Positions 30,850-40,519 of a DNA stretch of 64,000 nucleotides are shown piece after piece. A model generated the notes under the pieces. It was not told the origin of the DNA, searched no databases, and saw only the letters and a program-made list of their open reading frames with translations. The stretch is from Trueperaceae bacterium (GTDB taxonomy: Bacteria; Deinococcota; Deinococci; Deinococcales; Trueperaceae): assembly GCA_965215565.1 (NCBI GenBank), contig CBDCDZ010000004.1, positions 2,592,001 through 2,656,000 of the forward strand, read 5' to 3'. The position numbers and the translations under genes are program-made. Numbering within the stretch: position 1 is the first letter of the stretch; each line of letters starts with the position of its first letter.

Positions 30850-31680
30850 ATGACAGACGCTTCCAGAGCATCAAAAACATCTTTTTTGCATCCCCCAGGT
30901 TTTAGCGGTTTGGAGCTAGAACGTGTGGATGGCGCAGCGCAGCCGCTCGCGCCGCAGCTTTTGGGCGACTACTGTCTGTCACTCTGCACGCGAGGGCCCG
31001 CCACCGCCCGCTACCGTGGGGAGACGCACGCGCTAAAAGATGCGACCTTTCAGAGCTACGGCGCGGGCGAGACCCTCGCCGCCGCGCCCCGCAAGGGCGG
31101 GCGCTGGAGCTACCAGACGGTGCGTCTCAGCCCCGAACTCATGGGCGACTTAGCGGCGACGACAGGTCAGAAACTGCCGCGCTTCACGGTGCCTATTCCT
31201 ACAGATGGCGTGGTGCACGGGCAGCTCGCGGCGCTCTTCAAGGGGGCGTTCTCGAGCCTCGAAAGGGACGCGACTGACCAAGAGGAAAAACTCGTCACGT
31301 TGACGCGCACCTTGCTAGCGCATCAAGCCGAGCAACCGCGCTCTATGCGCGTCACCCCCAGAGTCGAGCGTGCGATTGAGACCGCTAAAGCGTACCTTAT
31401 AGACACCGTTTACAGCCCGGCGTCGCTCGAGCAGACCGCCGAACACGCGGCGATGAGCAAGTTTCACCTGAGTCGGCTCTTTAAGCAGGTCGTCGGGGTT
31501 TCACCTAGCGTCTTTCAGATGTCCTTGCGCGTCCGCGAGGCGAAGCGTCTGCTCAGGCGGGATGAACCTCTCGCCCACATCGCCTTCGACTTAGGCTTCG
31601 CCGACCAAGCGCACTTCACAAGGACCTTTAAGCGCTTTGTGGGGGTGACGCCGGGGCAGTATCAGGGGTCTAAGCGCTAG
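30850..31680 (+). CDS. AraC family transcriptional regulator
   Basis: MSKFHLSRLFK, GFADQAHFTRTFKRFVGVTPGQY. Confidence 0.92.
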   Translation: MTDASRASKTSFLHPPGFSGLELERVDGAAQPLAPQLLGDYCLSLCTRGPATARYRGETHALKDATFQSYGAGETLAAAPRKGGRWSYQTVRLSPELMGDLAATTGQKLPRFTVPIPTDGVVHGQLAALFKGAFSSLERDATDQEEKLVTLTRTLLAHQAEQPRSMRVTPRVERAIETAKAYLIDTVYSPASLEQTAEHAAMSKFHLSRLFKQVVGVSPSVFQMSLRVREAKRLLRRDEPLAHIAFDLGFADQAHFTRTFKRFVGVTPGQYQGSKR

Positions 31681-34636
31681 CCGCGCGGGTTTGCTGCAGC
31701 TCGTCCTGCACGCTCCGCACCAGTTGGCGAAACTCACCCGGTTGAGGTGCTGCTCGTTCGGAAGGCGACGCGCCTACAGCCGCCAGGACCGAGCCAGCGT
31801 CACGTCGGTCGATGGCGTAGGTAGCAGGATGACGCCAGACCGCGTCAGCCAACCGAGTGGCCTCTGCTGTGCGAGTCTGGGCAAGGCGAATCTCAGCGAG
31901 CGCGAGTAGGGCGAGCAGGGTGGTAGAGACCAACTCGCCCTGCTGACTCAAGGTGAGGGCTTCTCGAACTTCACTTGCGGCTGCCCCGAAGTTGCCGAGC
32001 ACCGCGTTGACCCGAGCCTGTTCGACGAGCAGGTCAGGTAGAACGCTCTGCTGCTCGCTCGTCATTTCAAGGCCGCGAGCGACGTACCTGCTAGCCTGCT
32101 CGGGCATGTCTTGGAGTCTGGCGGCGCAGCTTAGGTTGCAGAGAACATAAGGCGTGAGGCTCGTAAACATGAGCTTGTCGCAAAGGCTCAAACTCCGTTC
32201 CAGGTGACGCTGCGCTTCCTCTAACCTTTGAGCGTCCAAGAGCAAAAACCCCAAGTTGTTGAGGCTTCTCGCTACGCCGCGCTCGTCACCCAACGTTTCG
32301 TGCAAAGCCACGCTGCGCAGATGATAGCGCTCCGCAAGCGCCCCTGCCCCCGCCGCTGTGGATAGATTGGCGAGGTTGTTGACCACCGTCGCTTCGTGGC
32401 GAACCTCGCCTAGACGCTCGTATAGCTCGAGACTCTCCTGGAGATAGCCTAGCGCCCGGTCGTAGTGGTCCATACCGAGCAGGGTACCGAGGTCGACGAG
32501 CGTGCGGGCTCTGAGGGACGGCTCACCGGCTTCAAGGAGGCGTAAGCTCTCCTCGGCGCAGCGGATGGCCTCCCCCCGCCTTCCCGACTGAGCGAGTTGC
32601 CAGGACACCGCCCGGTAAAGCTCACCCAGGGTCCGAACATCTGGCGAGGCTGCCCCTTCGAGCGTCACGATGGCTTCCTTGAAAAAGGCTGCGCCCTCGC
32701 TAGCGCGGCTCGTAAATTCGAAGAAGAATTGAAACATGATGATACCTGTCCAGAGCGCTTCGCTATCTCCTTCGTTCAGCCACCCAGCCCAGACGGACTG
32801 CAAATTAGCGAGTTCAGCGTCTAGCTCCGCGAGTACGATCTGGGATCTCTTGCCGCGAATGGCGTCTCTGCGTCCCTCTAAAAAGGTTCTAAAGTACACC
32901 GCGTGCTCGCGGCGCACCTCTTCTTCAAGCTCGGGCTGCGCTAAAAGTTTTTGCCTCGTGAACTCGTAGAGCAGCGGGTGGCGGTCGTAGCGTCCACTCG
33001 GCTGCGGGCGTAAGAGCGCTTTGTCACCCAGCGCGACGAGGCGCGATAAGCCTACGCCCGCGACCCTTTGCGCCGCCTCTCGGGTAAACCCACCCCGAAA
33101 CACCGCTAAGCCCATGAGGGCGCGCTGCTCGTCCTCGCTGAGCAGCCGCCAGGAGGACTCAAACGCCGCCAGGAGGCTCGCTTGGCGCTCGGGCAGGTTG
33201 CGCACGTTGCCACTCAGCGAGATCAGGTCCTGCCCTAGATGTTCGGCTATCTGTTCGCAGGGCAGCACGTTGACTAGAGCTGCCGCGAGTTCGGTAGCGA
33301 GCGGCGAGCCTCCGACGGCGCGGCAGATGCGGGCGACGGCGTCCAAGTCCCTTTCCGAAGGGTCAAAGCCCTGCCGGTGGCGTTTGGCGCGTTCGACGAA
33401 CAGGGTGAGCGCGTCTGAGCGTGCATCCTCAAAGGGTAAACCCTCCAACCACAGGACGAACTCCTCAGCCAGGTTGAGGCGTTCGCGCGAGGTGACGAGC
33501 AGGGTGAGGTTGGGGCAGCGCTCTAACAGTTCAGGTAGGAGCATCACCTCATCTATGAGGTGTTCGAAGTTGTCGAGAACGAGCAGCCTAACCCGGTCTC
33601 CGATGGCTGCGGCGAGCGCCTCGACTGGAGTCTCGCTGCCAGGCTCACCTTTAAGCTCCCCCTTGATCTCAATGCCGAGTGTGGCGGCAAAGCGGTAGGG
33701 AAGCTCACTCGGTGAGGTGAGCGACTCGAGCTTGACGAGGTCAACTCCATCTCGGAAAGCTCCCTGCTGAATCATCCGGTTGGCAATTTGGAGCGCCAGC
33801 CGCGTTTTGCCCATGCCCGCTAGACCGACGACGCTGAGCAGGCGTTCACCCTGACCCAAGAGGCTTTCAGCCGCCGCTATCTCCTCGTGGCGTCCGATAA
33901 AGGACGTGCCCCGCGTCGGTAGGGGTTGCGCGGAGGGGCGCAGATGCGTTCTCGCTTCAGCGGGTGTAAGCGTCAAGTCGAGGCCGAAGTCGTGCGCGGC
34001 TCGCGCTACGTCCGCTGCGTAGGGGTGCTCATCGGCTCTAAGCAGCGTGTATACGCGGGGCATCAGCTCGGGGTCTAGCCCGCCCCCTAATTCACTACTG
34101 CCCAGCACCGCGCACCCATCTTTCGCGCACTGTGCGCCCGCACTAAAGCGTCCCTCTTTCGCTGCCGCTTCGCCGAGTTGCACGTGCGCCTCACACACGC
34201 GTCCCGCTAAGAACTCGCGCGTGCTGTAGACCCAACCTTCTAGTTCCGCCGACCAGTCGCTCAGACCGACGCCGCTCAGGAAGGGTCCTTTGTAAGCCTC
34301 TACTGATCGCTGAAGTGCAGACTGGGGCGTAGGGTGCTCCAGCCTTTCTAAAAGCTCGCCCGCGTCAGTTGGCACAGTCGCCCAGACATGTGCGTCATCA
34401 CCTTCTACAACCTCACCGCAAGCCTTTCTGAGCCTCGAGAGTTCGGTGGACAGGCTCGCTAAGGGGTCCTTAGCGTGGGGCCAGAACAGCGTAGCGATGC
34501 GCCGCCGCGCCTGTTTGCCTTCCAAGCAGAGGTAGGCGAGCACAAGGAGCGGTTTGGTGCGCCTGAACGGCCGCCCCTCTAGCTGAAGGCCGCCGAGCGT
34601 GCGTAACCTCACTTCGCCTTTGTCGACCTGTGCCAC
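31670..34636 (-). CDS. AfsR/SARP-like regulator with STAND ATPase and TPR domains
   Basis: N-terminal wHTH/BTAD-like region, GLAGMGKT Walker A, LVLDNFEH Walker B, TSRE, GSPLA, TPR repeats. Confidence 0.85.
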   Translation of the reverse strand: MAQVDKGEVRLRTLGGLQLEGRPFRRTKPLLVLAYLCLEGKQARRRIATLFWPHAKDPLASLSTELSRLRKACGEVVEGDDAHVWATVPTDAGELLERLEHPTPQSALQRSVEAYKGPFLSGVGLSDWSAELEGWVYSTREFLAGRVCEAHVQLGEAAAKEGRFSAGAQCAKDGCAVLGSSELGGGLDPELMPRVYTLLRADEHPYAADVARAAHDFGLDLTLTPAEARTHLRPSAQPLPTRGTSFIGRHEEIAAAESLLGQGERLLSVVGLAGMGKTRLALQIANRMIQQGAFRDGVDLVKLESLTSPSELPYRFAATLGIEIKGELKGEPGSETPVEALAAAIGDRVRLLVLDNFEHLIDEVMLLPELLERCPNLTLLVTSRERLNLAEEFVLWLEGLPFEDARSDALTLFVERAKRHRQGFDPSERDLDAVARICRAVGGSPLATELAAALVNVLPCEQIAEHLGQDLISLSGNVRNLPERQASLLAAFESSWRLLSEDEQRALMGLAVFRGGFTREAAQRVAGVGLSRLVALGDKALLRPQPSGRYDRHPLLYEFTRQKLLAQPELEEEVRREHAVYFRTFLEGRRDAIRGKRSQIVLAELDAELANLQSVWAGWLNEGDSEALWTGIIMFQFFFEFTSRASEGAAFFKEAIVTLEGAASPDVRTLGELYRAVSWQLAQSGRRGEAIRCAEESLRLLEAGEPSLRARTLVDLGTLLGMDHYDRALGYLQESLELYERLGEVRHEATVVNNLANLSTAAGAGALAERYHLRSVALHETLGDERGVARSLNNLGFLLLDAQRLEEAQRHLERSLSLCDKLMFTSLTPYVLCNLSCAARLQDMPEQASRYVARGLEMTSEQQSVLPDLLVEQARVNAVLGNFGAAASEVREALTLSQQGELVSTTLLALLALAEIRLAQTRTAEATRLADAVWRHPATYAIDRRDAGSVLAAVGASPSERAAPQPGEFRQLVRSVQDELQQTRAASA

Positions 34637-34829
34637 GGCTGCGCCTCATCTCTGCCCCTGTCCCTTTAGCCCTATAAAATGTTCTCTCGCTTTCAGTTTA
34701 CACCTTTTCGCTTTGGCGCTCTTGAAGGATGTTGACCACCCCTTCGCCGCAAGAACCTTCAAGACGCTGAGGTCTATCTCGCTTAGCCTCAGCTATGGCT
34801 CTAGAGCGCAGTTGCGAAGAGGTCGTCTG

Positions 34830-36473
34830 GTGAGAGGGCGCGGCGTACAGAAGCGTCCGCGTTGCCGCGCCGTTTTGGGTCCTTACGGACCACCCGTCAC
34901 GGTGGGGCTGGCGCAAGCTGCCGAGGACGAGGTGGCGCAGCGCATCTGGCAGCGTGATGTGACGCTCTGGCCCGGTGCGTCGGACGCTAAACAGCTCGGC
35001 TGGTTGGACGCGCCCGAGCGGATGAACGAGACGTTCGCGCCCCTACAGGCGTTCGCCGAGGAGGTCCGCCGCGAGGGGTTCGAGCGCGTTTTGCTCCTCG
35101 GCGTGGGTGCGCCGCACTTGGCGCTCGAGCTGATCCGCCGCACCTTTGCTCAGGCTGAGGGGTATCTCGCCCTGAGTGCGCTCGCCAGCACCGACGCGGA
35201 CGCGGTCTTAACGGAGGCGAAGCGCTTGGACCCGGCGACGCTCCTCATCGTCGCGGATAAGGTGGGTGGGGCGTTGGAAACGCGCACACTCTTTAGCTTT
35301 TTCTCCAACTATCTGGAACGCGAGCTAGGGGCGGAAGGGGCAGGCCGCCGCTTCGCTGCCGTCGGCAATCCCGGCGACTCACTCGCAGCACTTGCAAGCG
35401 AGCACCGCGTCCGCACGGCTTTCTTAAACGACCCAGACGTCCCCGGCTGCTACGCGGCGCTCTCGCTCTGTGGGCTGCTCCCGGCAGCGCTCGCGGGGGT
35501 GGACGTGTCCGCCCTGCAACGCCACGCGCGCGTCGGGGCGGCGGCGTGCCGCGCCGAACCAAAAACCAATGCGGGCGTGTGGCTCGGCACGGTGCTGGGC
35601 GTTTTGGCAGGAGCCGGACGCGACAAGGTCACGTTCGTGCTGCCCGAAGAACTCGCCGGCTTAGGCGCGTGGTTGGAGCGGCTCTTAGCCGAAGCGACGG
35701 GCAAAGAGGGCGTGGGCATCGTGCCCGTTATCGGTGAGCCCCTGGGTGCGCCCGAGGTCTACGGTGATGACCGGGTCTTCGTCCGTTTCGAACTCGACGG
35801 TGCAACCTCAGCGCCACATGCGCCTTTGCAGCAGTTAGAAACCGTAGGGCACCCCACCTTGCACCTCACGTTGCCCAGCCCCTACGCGGTGAGCGAACAG
35901 CTCTTCGTCTGGCAGTTCGTGGCGGCGGTAGCGGCTTATCAGTTAGGCGTCAACCCCTTCGATCAGAGTGAGGTCGCGGAGGCTGACACCCGCACGCAGC
36001 ACCTCATGGCGCACTACGCCCAAACCCACACCATGCCAGACACGTCGGCTGCGGTCTCCGCCGAGACGTTGGCCGTGTTTCTCAGCACGCTCGAGCCGGG
36101 CGACTACGTCGCGCTGCAAGCGTACCTGCCGCCATCTCAAGAGGTCACCGCGAGTTTGGAGAGGCTCCGCGTCGCCCTGCGGGACCGCTTCAGGGTGGCG
36201 GTGACCTGTGCGTTTGGACCGCATTATCTGCACAGCACGGGGCAGCTTCATAAAGGGGGCAAGGGTGGACACGTCGTGCAGCTCGTGTCCGAGCCGAGGC
36301 AGAACGCGCCGATCCCTCCTTCGGCGGGTGAGCCGCCGTCCTTTTACACGCTGAAAAGAGCGCAGGCGTTAGGGGATAAGCAAGCGCTAGAAGCGGCGGG
36401 GCGGCGGGTGATTGGGTTTAATTTGGGGCAGCGGGTGGTGGCGGGGCTTGAAGTGCTTAGCCGTCTATCCTAG
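34830..36473 (+). CDS. Glucose-6-phosphate-isomerase-like protein (PGI domain of Tal/Pgi type) with degenerate active-site motifs
   Basis: LGWLD, GRDKVT, EATGK, VNPFDQ, HSTGQLHKGG; start uncertain (GTG 34830). Confidence 0.75.
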   Translation: MRGRGVQKRPRCRAVLGPYGPPVTVGLAQAAEDEVAQRIWQRDVTLWPGASDAKQLGWLDAPERMNETFAPLQAFAEEVRREGFERVLLLGVGAPHLALELIRRTFAQAEGYLALSALASTDADAVLTEAKRLDPATLLIVADKVGGALETRTLFSFFSNYLERELGAEGAGRRFAAVGNPGDSLAALASEHRVRTAFLNDPDVPGCYAALSLCGLLPAALAGVDVSALQRHARVGAAACRAEPKTNAGVWLGTVLGVLAGAGRDKVTFVLPEELAGLGAWLERLLAEATGKEGVGIVPVIGEPLGAPEVYGDDRVFVRFELDGATSAPHAPLQQLETVGHPTLHLTLPSPYAVSEQLFVWQFVAAVAAYQLGVNPFDQSEVAEADTRTQHLMAHYAQTHTMPDTSAAVSAETLAVFLSTLEPGDYVALQAYLPPSQEVTASLERLRVALRDRFRVAVTCAFGPHYLHSTGQLHKGGKGGHVVQLVSEPRQNAPIPPSAGEPPSFYTLKRAQALGDKQALEAAGRRVIGFNLGQRVVAGLEVLSRLS

Positions 36474-36584
36474 CTTCACCTTCTCATGAATACTCCGATA
36501 TCTTCAGGTTGACGAGCTGTCTAAATGACAACCTATCAGAAAGGTACATGATGAGAAAGTTTAGTTTCCGTATGGCTATACTTC

Positions 36585-36741
36585 TAGCAGGTATCATCTA
36601 GTCTGAGTGTACGTAAGTTTTGCGAAGCAACACTCCCACTTTCGAGAACATCGTTTGGCACGCACATTTTGAGATGAAGTTCCGTTACAGCAAAGCTGTG
36701 AAATCTGCGTTCGTTTGTCTCAGTATGTTTTGGAAGTGCTA
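36585..36741 (+). mobile_element. Repeat family A copy
   Basis: TAGCAGGTATCATCTAG...GTCTCAGTATGTTTTGGAAGTGCTA. Confidence 0.8.
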
Positions 36742-36820
36742 TTCTAACGGCTATCCTTTCGTTCATAACCCAGATCTTTGGAGAAGACCCTCCCTTTTAA
36801 GCACAGGGATAGTGCGCTTT

Positions 36821-39622
36821 CTAAAGTTTCCTGAGGAGGCGCACTGCCTCCTCTAAAGTCAAGCGTTTTCCTTCGTGTAATATTGAGGTGAACTTCGGCG
36901 GGGAAAGCGAAGCGTGCGCCGCGTCCACCACCCGCTGATAATCCTCGTCTTCTTCCAGGGGCGACAAGTTGAGTGAGCTGCGTAGGGCGTGAGCCGCGCC
37001 CAAAAGCTTAACAGCATCTTCCGCGTGTATGGTTGCCACCGGCAGAGCGAGGTTCACGAGGACAATACTTGTGAGGTAGGTGTTGTTTGCATCTCGCGCG
37101 CCGCGAAGCGCTCGCATAAGATAAGCGCAACCCTCTTCGTGCTCTCCCCGGAGGAGAAGGAACTTGCCGAGTAAGTTCTCTGCGTACGAAATGAGAGGTT
37201 TATAGCCCACACTGACGCATTTACTAAGGCATTCACGCACAGTGCGCACCGCAATCTCTGACTCTCCTCTCTGCTGCGCGAGAGAGGCGTAATTGTAAAG
37301 CGTTCGCGCTGTTGCCACATTGTCACCCAGCGCCCGTTTAAGCGCTAAGCTCTCCTCGTAAAGCCGCGCTGCACATTCCAGGTTTCCTACGTTCGGAGCC
37401 GCCTCTAAGCTCGCAAGGTTGGTGAGCACTTTAGCTTTAAGTGAGGTATCGGTGGTGCCGAGCAGACAAAGCGCACGCTGATAAGCGCCTCGCGCCTCGT
37501 CCGCCCTATGCAGCACGCGGTAGAGGGTGCCGAGGACGCTGAGCGTCCTAGACTGCTCAGTGTCCTCGCAAGCCAAGGCGAGGCTTTCCTCGGCAATGCG
37601 AAGCGCACGCTCGAACTGGCTCAACCGGTAGAGAAGCTGGGCTTGGTGGCGCAGCAAAGTGACGCGCAGCTCCGCGTGCGCGCCAAGCGCAGCGAAGTGG
37701 TCGCTGGCGCTAGCAAACAGCGCTGTACCCTCTTGTGACCTGCTGCTGAAATCGAAGTACTGCCACAGTGCGGGCAGGGCTGCTGCCACCGCGTCCCCCT
37801 GCGCGTGTTCGAGCCAGTAGGTCCAGGCGAGCTGAATGTTGCTAACCTCTTGCTCGAGGTGTTGAAGCACCGTTTGGCTGGCTGAGCTGTCGGATCGCTC
37901 GGGCTGGGACGCTCGAGCCGCTAGAAAAGCGCGGTAGTACGCCGCGTGCTTACTCCTCAGCGCCTCGAGGTCGCCTTGCTCCGCCAGCTTCCGCTGCGTA
38001 AACTCGTACAGCAGGGGATGCCGCCCAAAGCGCCCCTCGTCACGCATCACCAACAGCGACTTGTCCACCAACGACACGAGCGTAGGCAGCCCCGCCCCAA
38101 CCACCTCTTTCGCCGCCTCCTGACTGAATCCACCCCGAAAGACCGACAGCCCCTGCAGCACCCGCCGCTCCTCGTCCGAGAGGAGCCGCCAGGAATACTC
38201 GAACGCCGCCTCGATACTGCGGTGACGCTCAGGCACGTTGCGCAGGGTCGTGCTGAGCACTTGACTCTGCCCAAGCTGCGCGGCGATGTCGGCGCAGGAC
38301 ATGAGGCGCGTCCACGAGGCGGCTAGCTCCAAGGCGAGCGGCGAGCCCTCGACGCGCCTACAGACCTCTTCGATCGCTCGCACGTCCTCCTCGGTGGGTG
38401 AAAAGGTGAGGTCGGCTCGCCTAGCACGCTCCACGAAGAGCTGCGCCGCTTCGGAGAGCCCGTCGGCTGAGTCCGCACCGGGCAGCCCCTCCAGCCACAT
38501 CACCCACTCCTCTTCCAAGTTGAGGCGCTCGCGCGACGTGACCAAGACCTTGAGGTTAGGGCGGCGCGTGAGCAGGTCTGAAAGAAGAGGGGCAGCCCCC
38601 ATGACGTGTTCGAAGTTGTCGAAATACAGGAGGCACCGCTTGGGAGCGAGGTGTTGGGTTATTTGCCCCAACACCTCTGACCCGTCAAGCTCGAGCCCAA
38701 GCGCACCAGCCAGGGTGCTCAGCACCTCATCCTCTCGGGTCAACGCGACGAGCCAGACGGGGTAGAAGTCCGCGAACAGCTCGGCTTGCACTCTGATGAC
38801 CTCGACTGCCAACCTGGACTTACCCATCCCGGCCATACCCACGAGGGTTACGAGCCGAGCCTCACCCCGGAGCAGGTCCGTCACGGTGCGAACCTCCGAG
38901 CTGCGCCCGACGAAGCTCGTGTTGTAGGTGGGCAGGGTCTGCCTTTCAAGACATAAGCGTCGCCGCGCCGTTTCAGGTGTCAGGTCAAGAGGCAACCCTA
39001 GCGCGTCCGCGCGTTGCCTAAGTTGCGCTCTTAGAGGATGCTCGCCCGCGGCGAGAAGCGTGTAGGCGCGGCGTAGCTGCTCGGTGTCAGGAGTGAGCAT
39101 GAGCGGTTCGCACGCCTCCGCAGCGTGCCGCGCTGCGCCCGCGAAGTCGCCCGACTTCGCGGCTCGCTCTCCCAGAGTCAAGCGAGCTTCGCAGACACGC
39201 GCCGCCAAAAACGTGCGGGTACGTTCTATCCACTCCCGCAGCTCCGCCGACACCTCTTGGGCGTTCACCTCCGGCAGAAAGTCGCCTGCGTAAAGCTCGG
39301 CTGTTCTTTCATACTCCTTGCGCTCAGCGGCGTCTAGGAGCACCCTAGCGTCTGAGCGCAAGCGCGGATACACCCGCACGTCGTCGGCTTCGAACACCTC
39401 ACCGACACGCTTTTTCAGCCTCGAGAGTTCAGTCGATAAACTCGCTAGCGCGTTCGCCGCACGGGGCCAGAAGAGTTCCGCTAGGTGCCGCCGCTCTTGC
39501 GGCCCCTCTAAGCAGAGGTAGCAGAGCAAGAGGAGCGGCTTGGTGCGCTCAAAATCGCTGCCCTCTAGCGCCAAGCGCCCCAAGGTGATGAGTTTGGTTT
39601 GGTGAGAGGAAGACTGGACCAT
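36821..39622 (-). CDS. AfsR/SARP-like regulator with STAND ATPase and TPR domains (paralog)
   Basis: GMAGMGKS, YFDNFEH, TSRERL, GSPLALELAA, TPR repeats. Confidence 0.85.
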   Translation of the reverse strand: MVQSSSHQTKLITLGRLALEGSDFERTKPLLLLCYLCLEGPQERRHLAELFWPRAANALASLSTELSRLKKRVGEVFEADDVRVYPRLRSDARVLLDAAERKEYERTAELYAGDFLPEVNAQEVSAELREWIERTRTFLAARVCEARLTLGERAAKSGDFAGAARHAAEACEPLMLTPDTEQLRRAYTLLAAGEHPLRAQLRQRADALGLPLDLTPETARRRLCLERQTLPTYNTSFVGRSSEVRTVTDLLRGEARLVTLVGMAGMGKSRLAVEVIRVQAELFADFYPVWLVALTREDEVLSTLAGALGLELDGSEVLGQITQHLAPKRCLLYFDNFEHVMGAAPLLSDLLTRRPNLKVLVTSRERLNLEEEWVMWLEGLPGADSADGLSEAAQLFVERARRADLTFSPTEEDVRAIEEVCRRVEGSPLALELAASWTRLMSCADIAAQLGQSQVLSTTLRNVPERHRSIEAAFEYSWRLLSDEERRVLQGLSVFRGGFSQEAAKEVVGAGLPTLVSLVDKSLLVMRDEGRFGRHPLLYEFTQRKLAEQGDLEALRSKHAAYYRAFLAARASQPERSDSSASQTVLQHLEQEVSNIQLAWTYWLEHAQGDAVAAALPALWQYFDFSSRSQEGTALFASASDHFAALGAHAELRVTLLRHQAQLLYRLSQFERALRIAEESLALACEDTEQSRTLSVLGTLYRVLHRADEARGAYQRALCLLGTTDTSLKAKVLTNLASLEAAPNVGNLECAARLYEESLALKRALGDNVATARTLYNYASLAQQRGESEIAVRTVRECLSKCVSVGYKPLISYAENLLGKFLLLRGEHEEGCAYLMRALRGARDANNTYLTSIVLVNLALPVATIHAEDAVKLLGAAHALRSSLNLSPLEEDEDYQRVVDAAHASLSPPKFTSILHEGKRLTLEEAVRLLRKL

Positions 39623-39945
39623 AGATATTCCCGTGCTACACCGAGCGTAATGCAAGAGGGCGAGACATCTCTTGCAAAAAGTTGACTTTCTTCAGAGTCT
39701 CTATCTCTGTGTCTCTATCTCTGTTCAACTACGCTAGAAAGGTCATCATCCACTTCCCTAAAGGGATTGTGCGGCGTAGAGACGATTCATACAGTAATAA
39801 ATACAGTAGTAAGCTATGTGCCCCTACTGCATCTGCCTCTTTCTGTGACTTTTCCAGCGAGGTCTACTGTTACCATAGAACAACCGCGCCGCACATGACA
39901 ATAGAGCAGCCGCATCAGCCTAAAGGGGACAACCAGCCCCACTGC

Positions 39946-40341
39946 TCAGCCGAAACGCTCCAATAACGCGCGCAGCCGCGCCGCGCGTTCCTGCGAACTC
40001 GCCAGCATCCTTTTGAGGAGCAACTCACCCGGTTTATCCTGGCGGCCCAGGGCAGCACTAAGCGTCACGTCTAGCCTGTTCGCCACCATCCGCTCGTGGC
40101 TCAAGTCAAGCGCGAGCATGACCTGGGGGCTGTAGACGTCTTCGTCTTCGTGCTCCAAGTAGGAGAAGGTGAAGAGCTGGGGTCCGCTCACCGGCACCGC
40201 GCCCAGCGAGAGGATGTTCTCGGCGATAGACTCGAGCAGCAGGCGCACCTCTTCATGACACACGCGCACCGCCGCGTTGAAGTTATGCGGCACATCCGCG
40301 CTCACCCACGCCTGCTTCTGATACTGCAGGCTCAGCACCAT
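39946..40341 (-). CDS. Degenerate Dps/ferritin-like protein (possible pseudogene)
   Basis: LQYQKQAW, IAENILSLGAVP, YLEHEDEDVY resemble Dps helices; ferroxidase His residues not evident. Confidence 0.5.
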   Translation of the reverse strand: MVLSLQYQKQAWVSADVPHNFNAAVRVCHEEVRLLLESIAENILSLGAVPVSGPQLFTFSYLEHEDEDVYSPQVMLALDLSHERMVANRLDVTLSAALGRQDKPGELLLKRMLASSQERAARLRALLERFG

Positions 40342-40519
40342 ATGCGCCCCCAGATGCTCGTTGAAGAGCGGCGCGAGTTCCTTGACTGTGGCGAGTGGCA
40401 GCCGCCCAGGGATGAGGGCGGTACTCTATATGCGACTCCATGTGGGACGGTTGCGAGGTTTGAGGCTCGAGCGCAAGCTTGGCTCGAGCCTCTTTCGCCC
40501 TATATCACGGTAAGCTCAG

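Noticed and set aside
26150..39900. Integrative element or prophage at tRNA-Val
   Set aside because: No integrase or phage genes, and I did not find a duplicated tRNA 3' end; treated only as an accessory region
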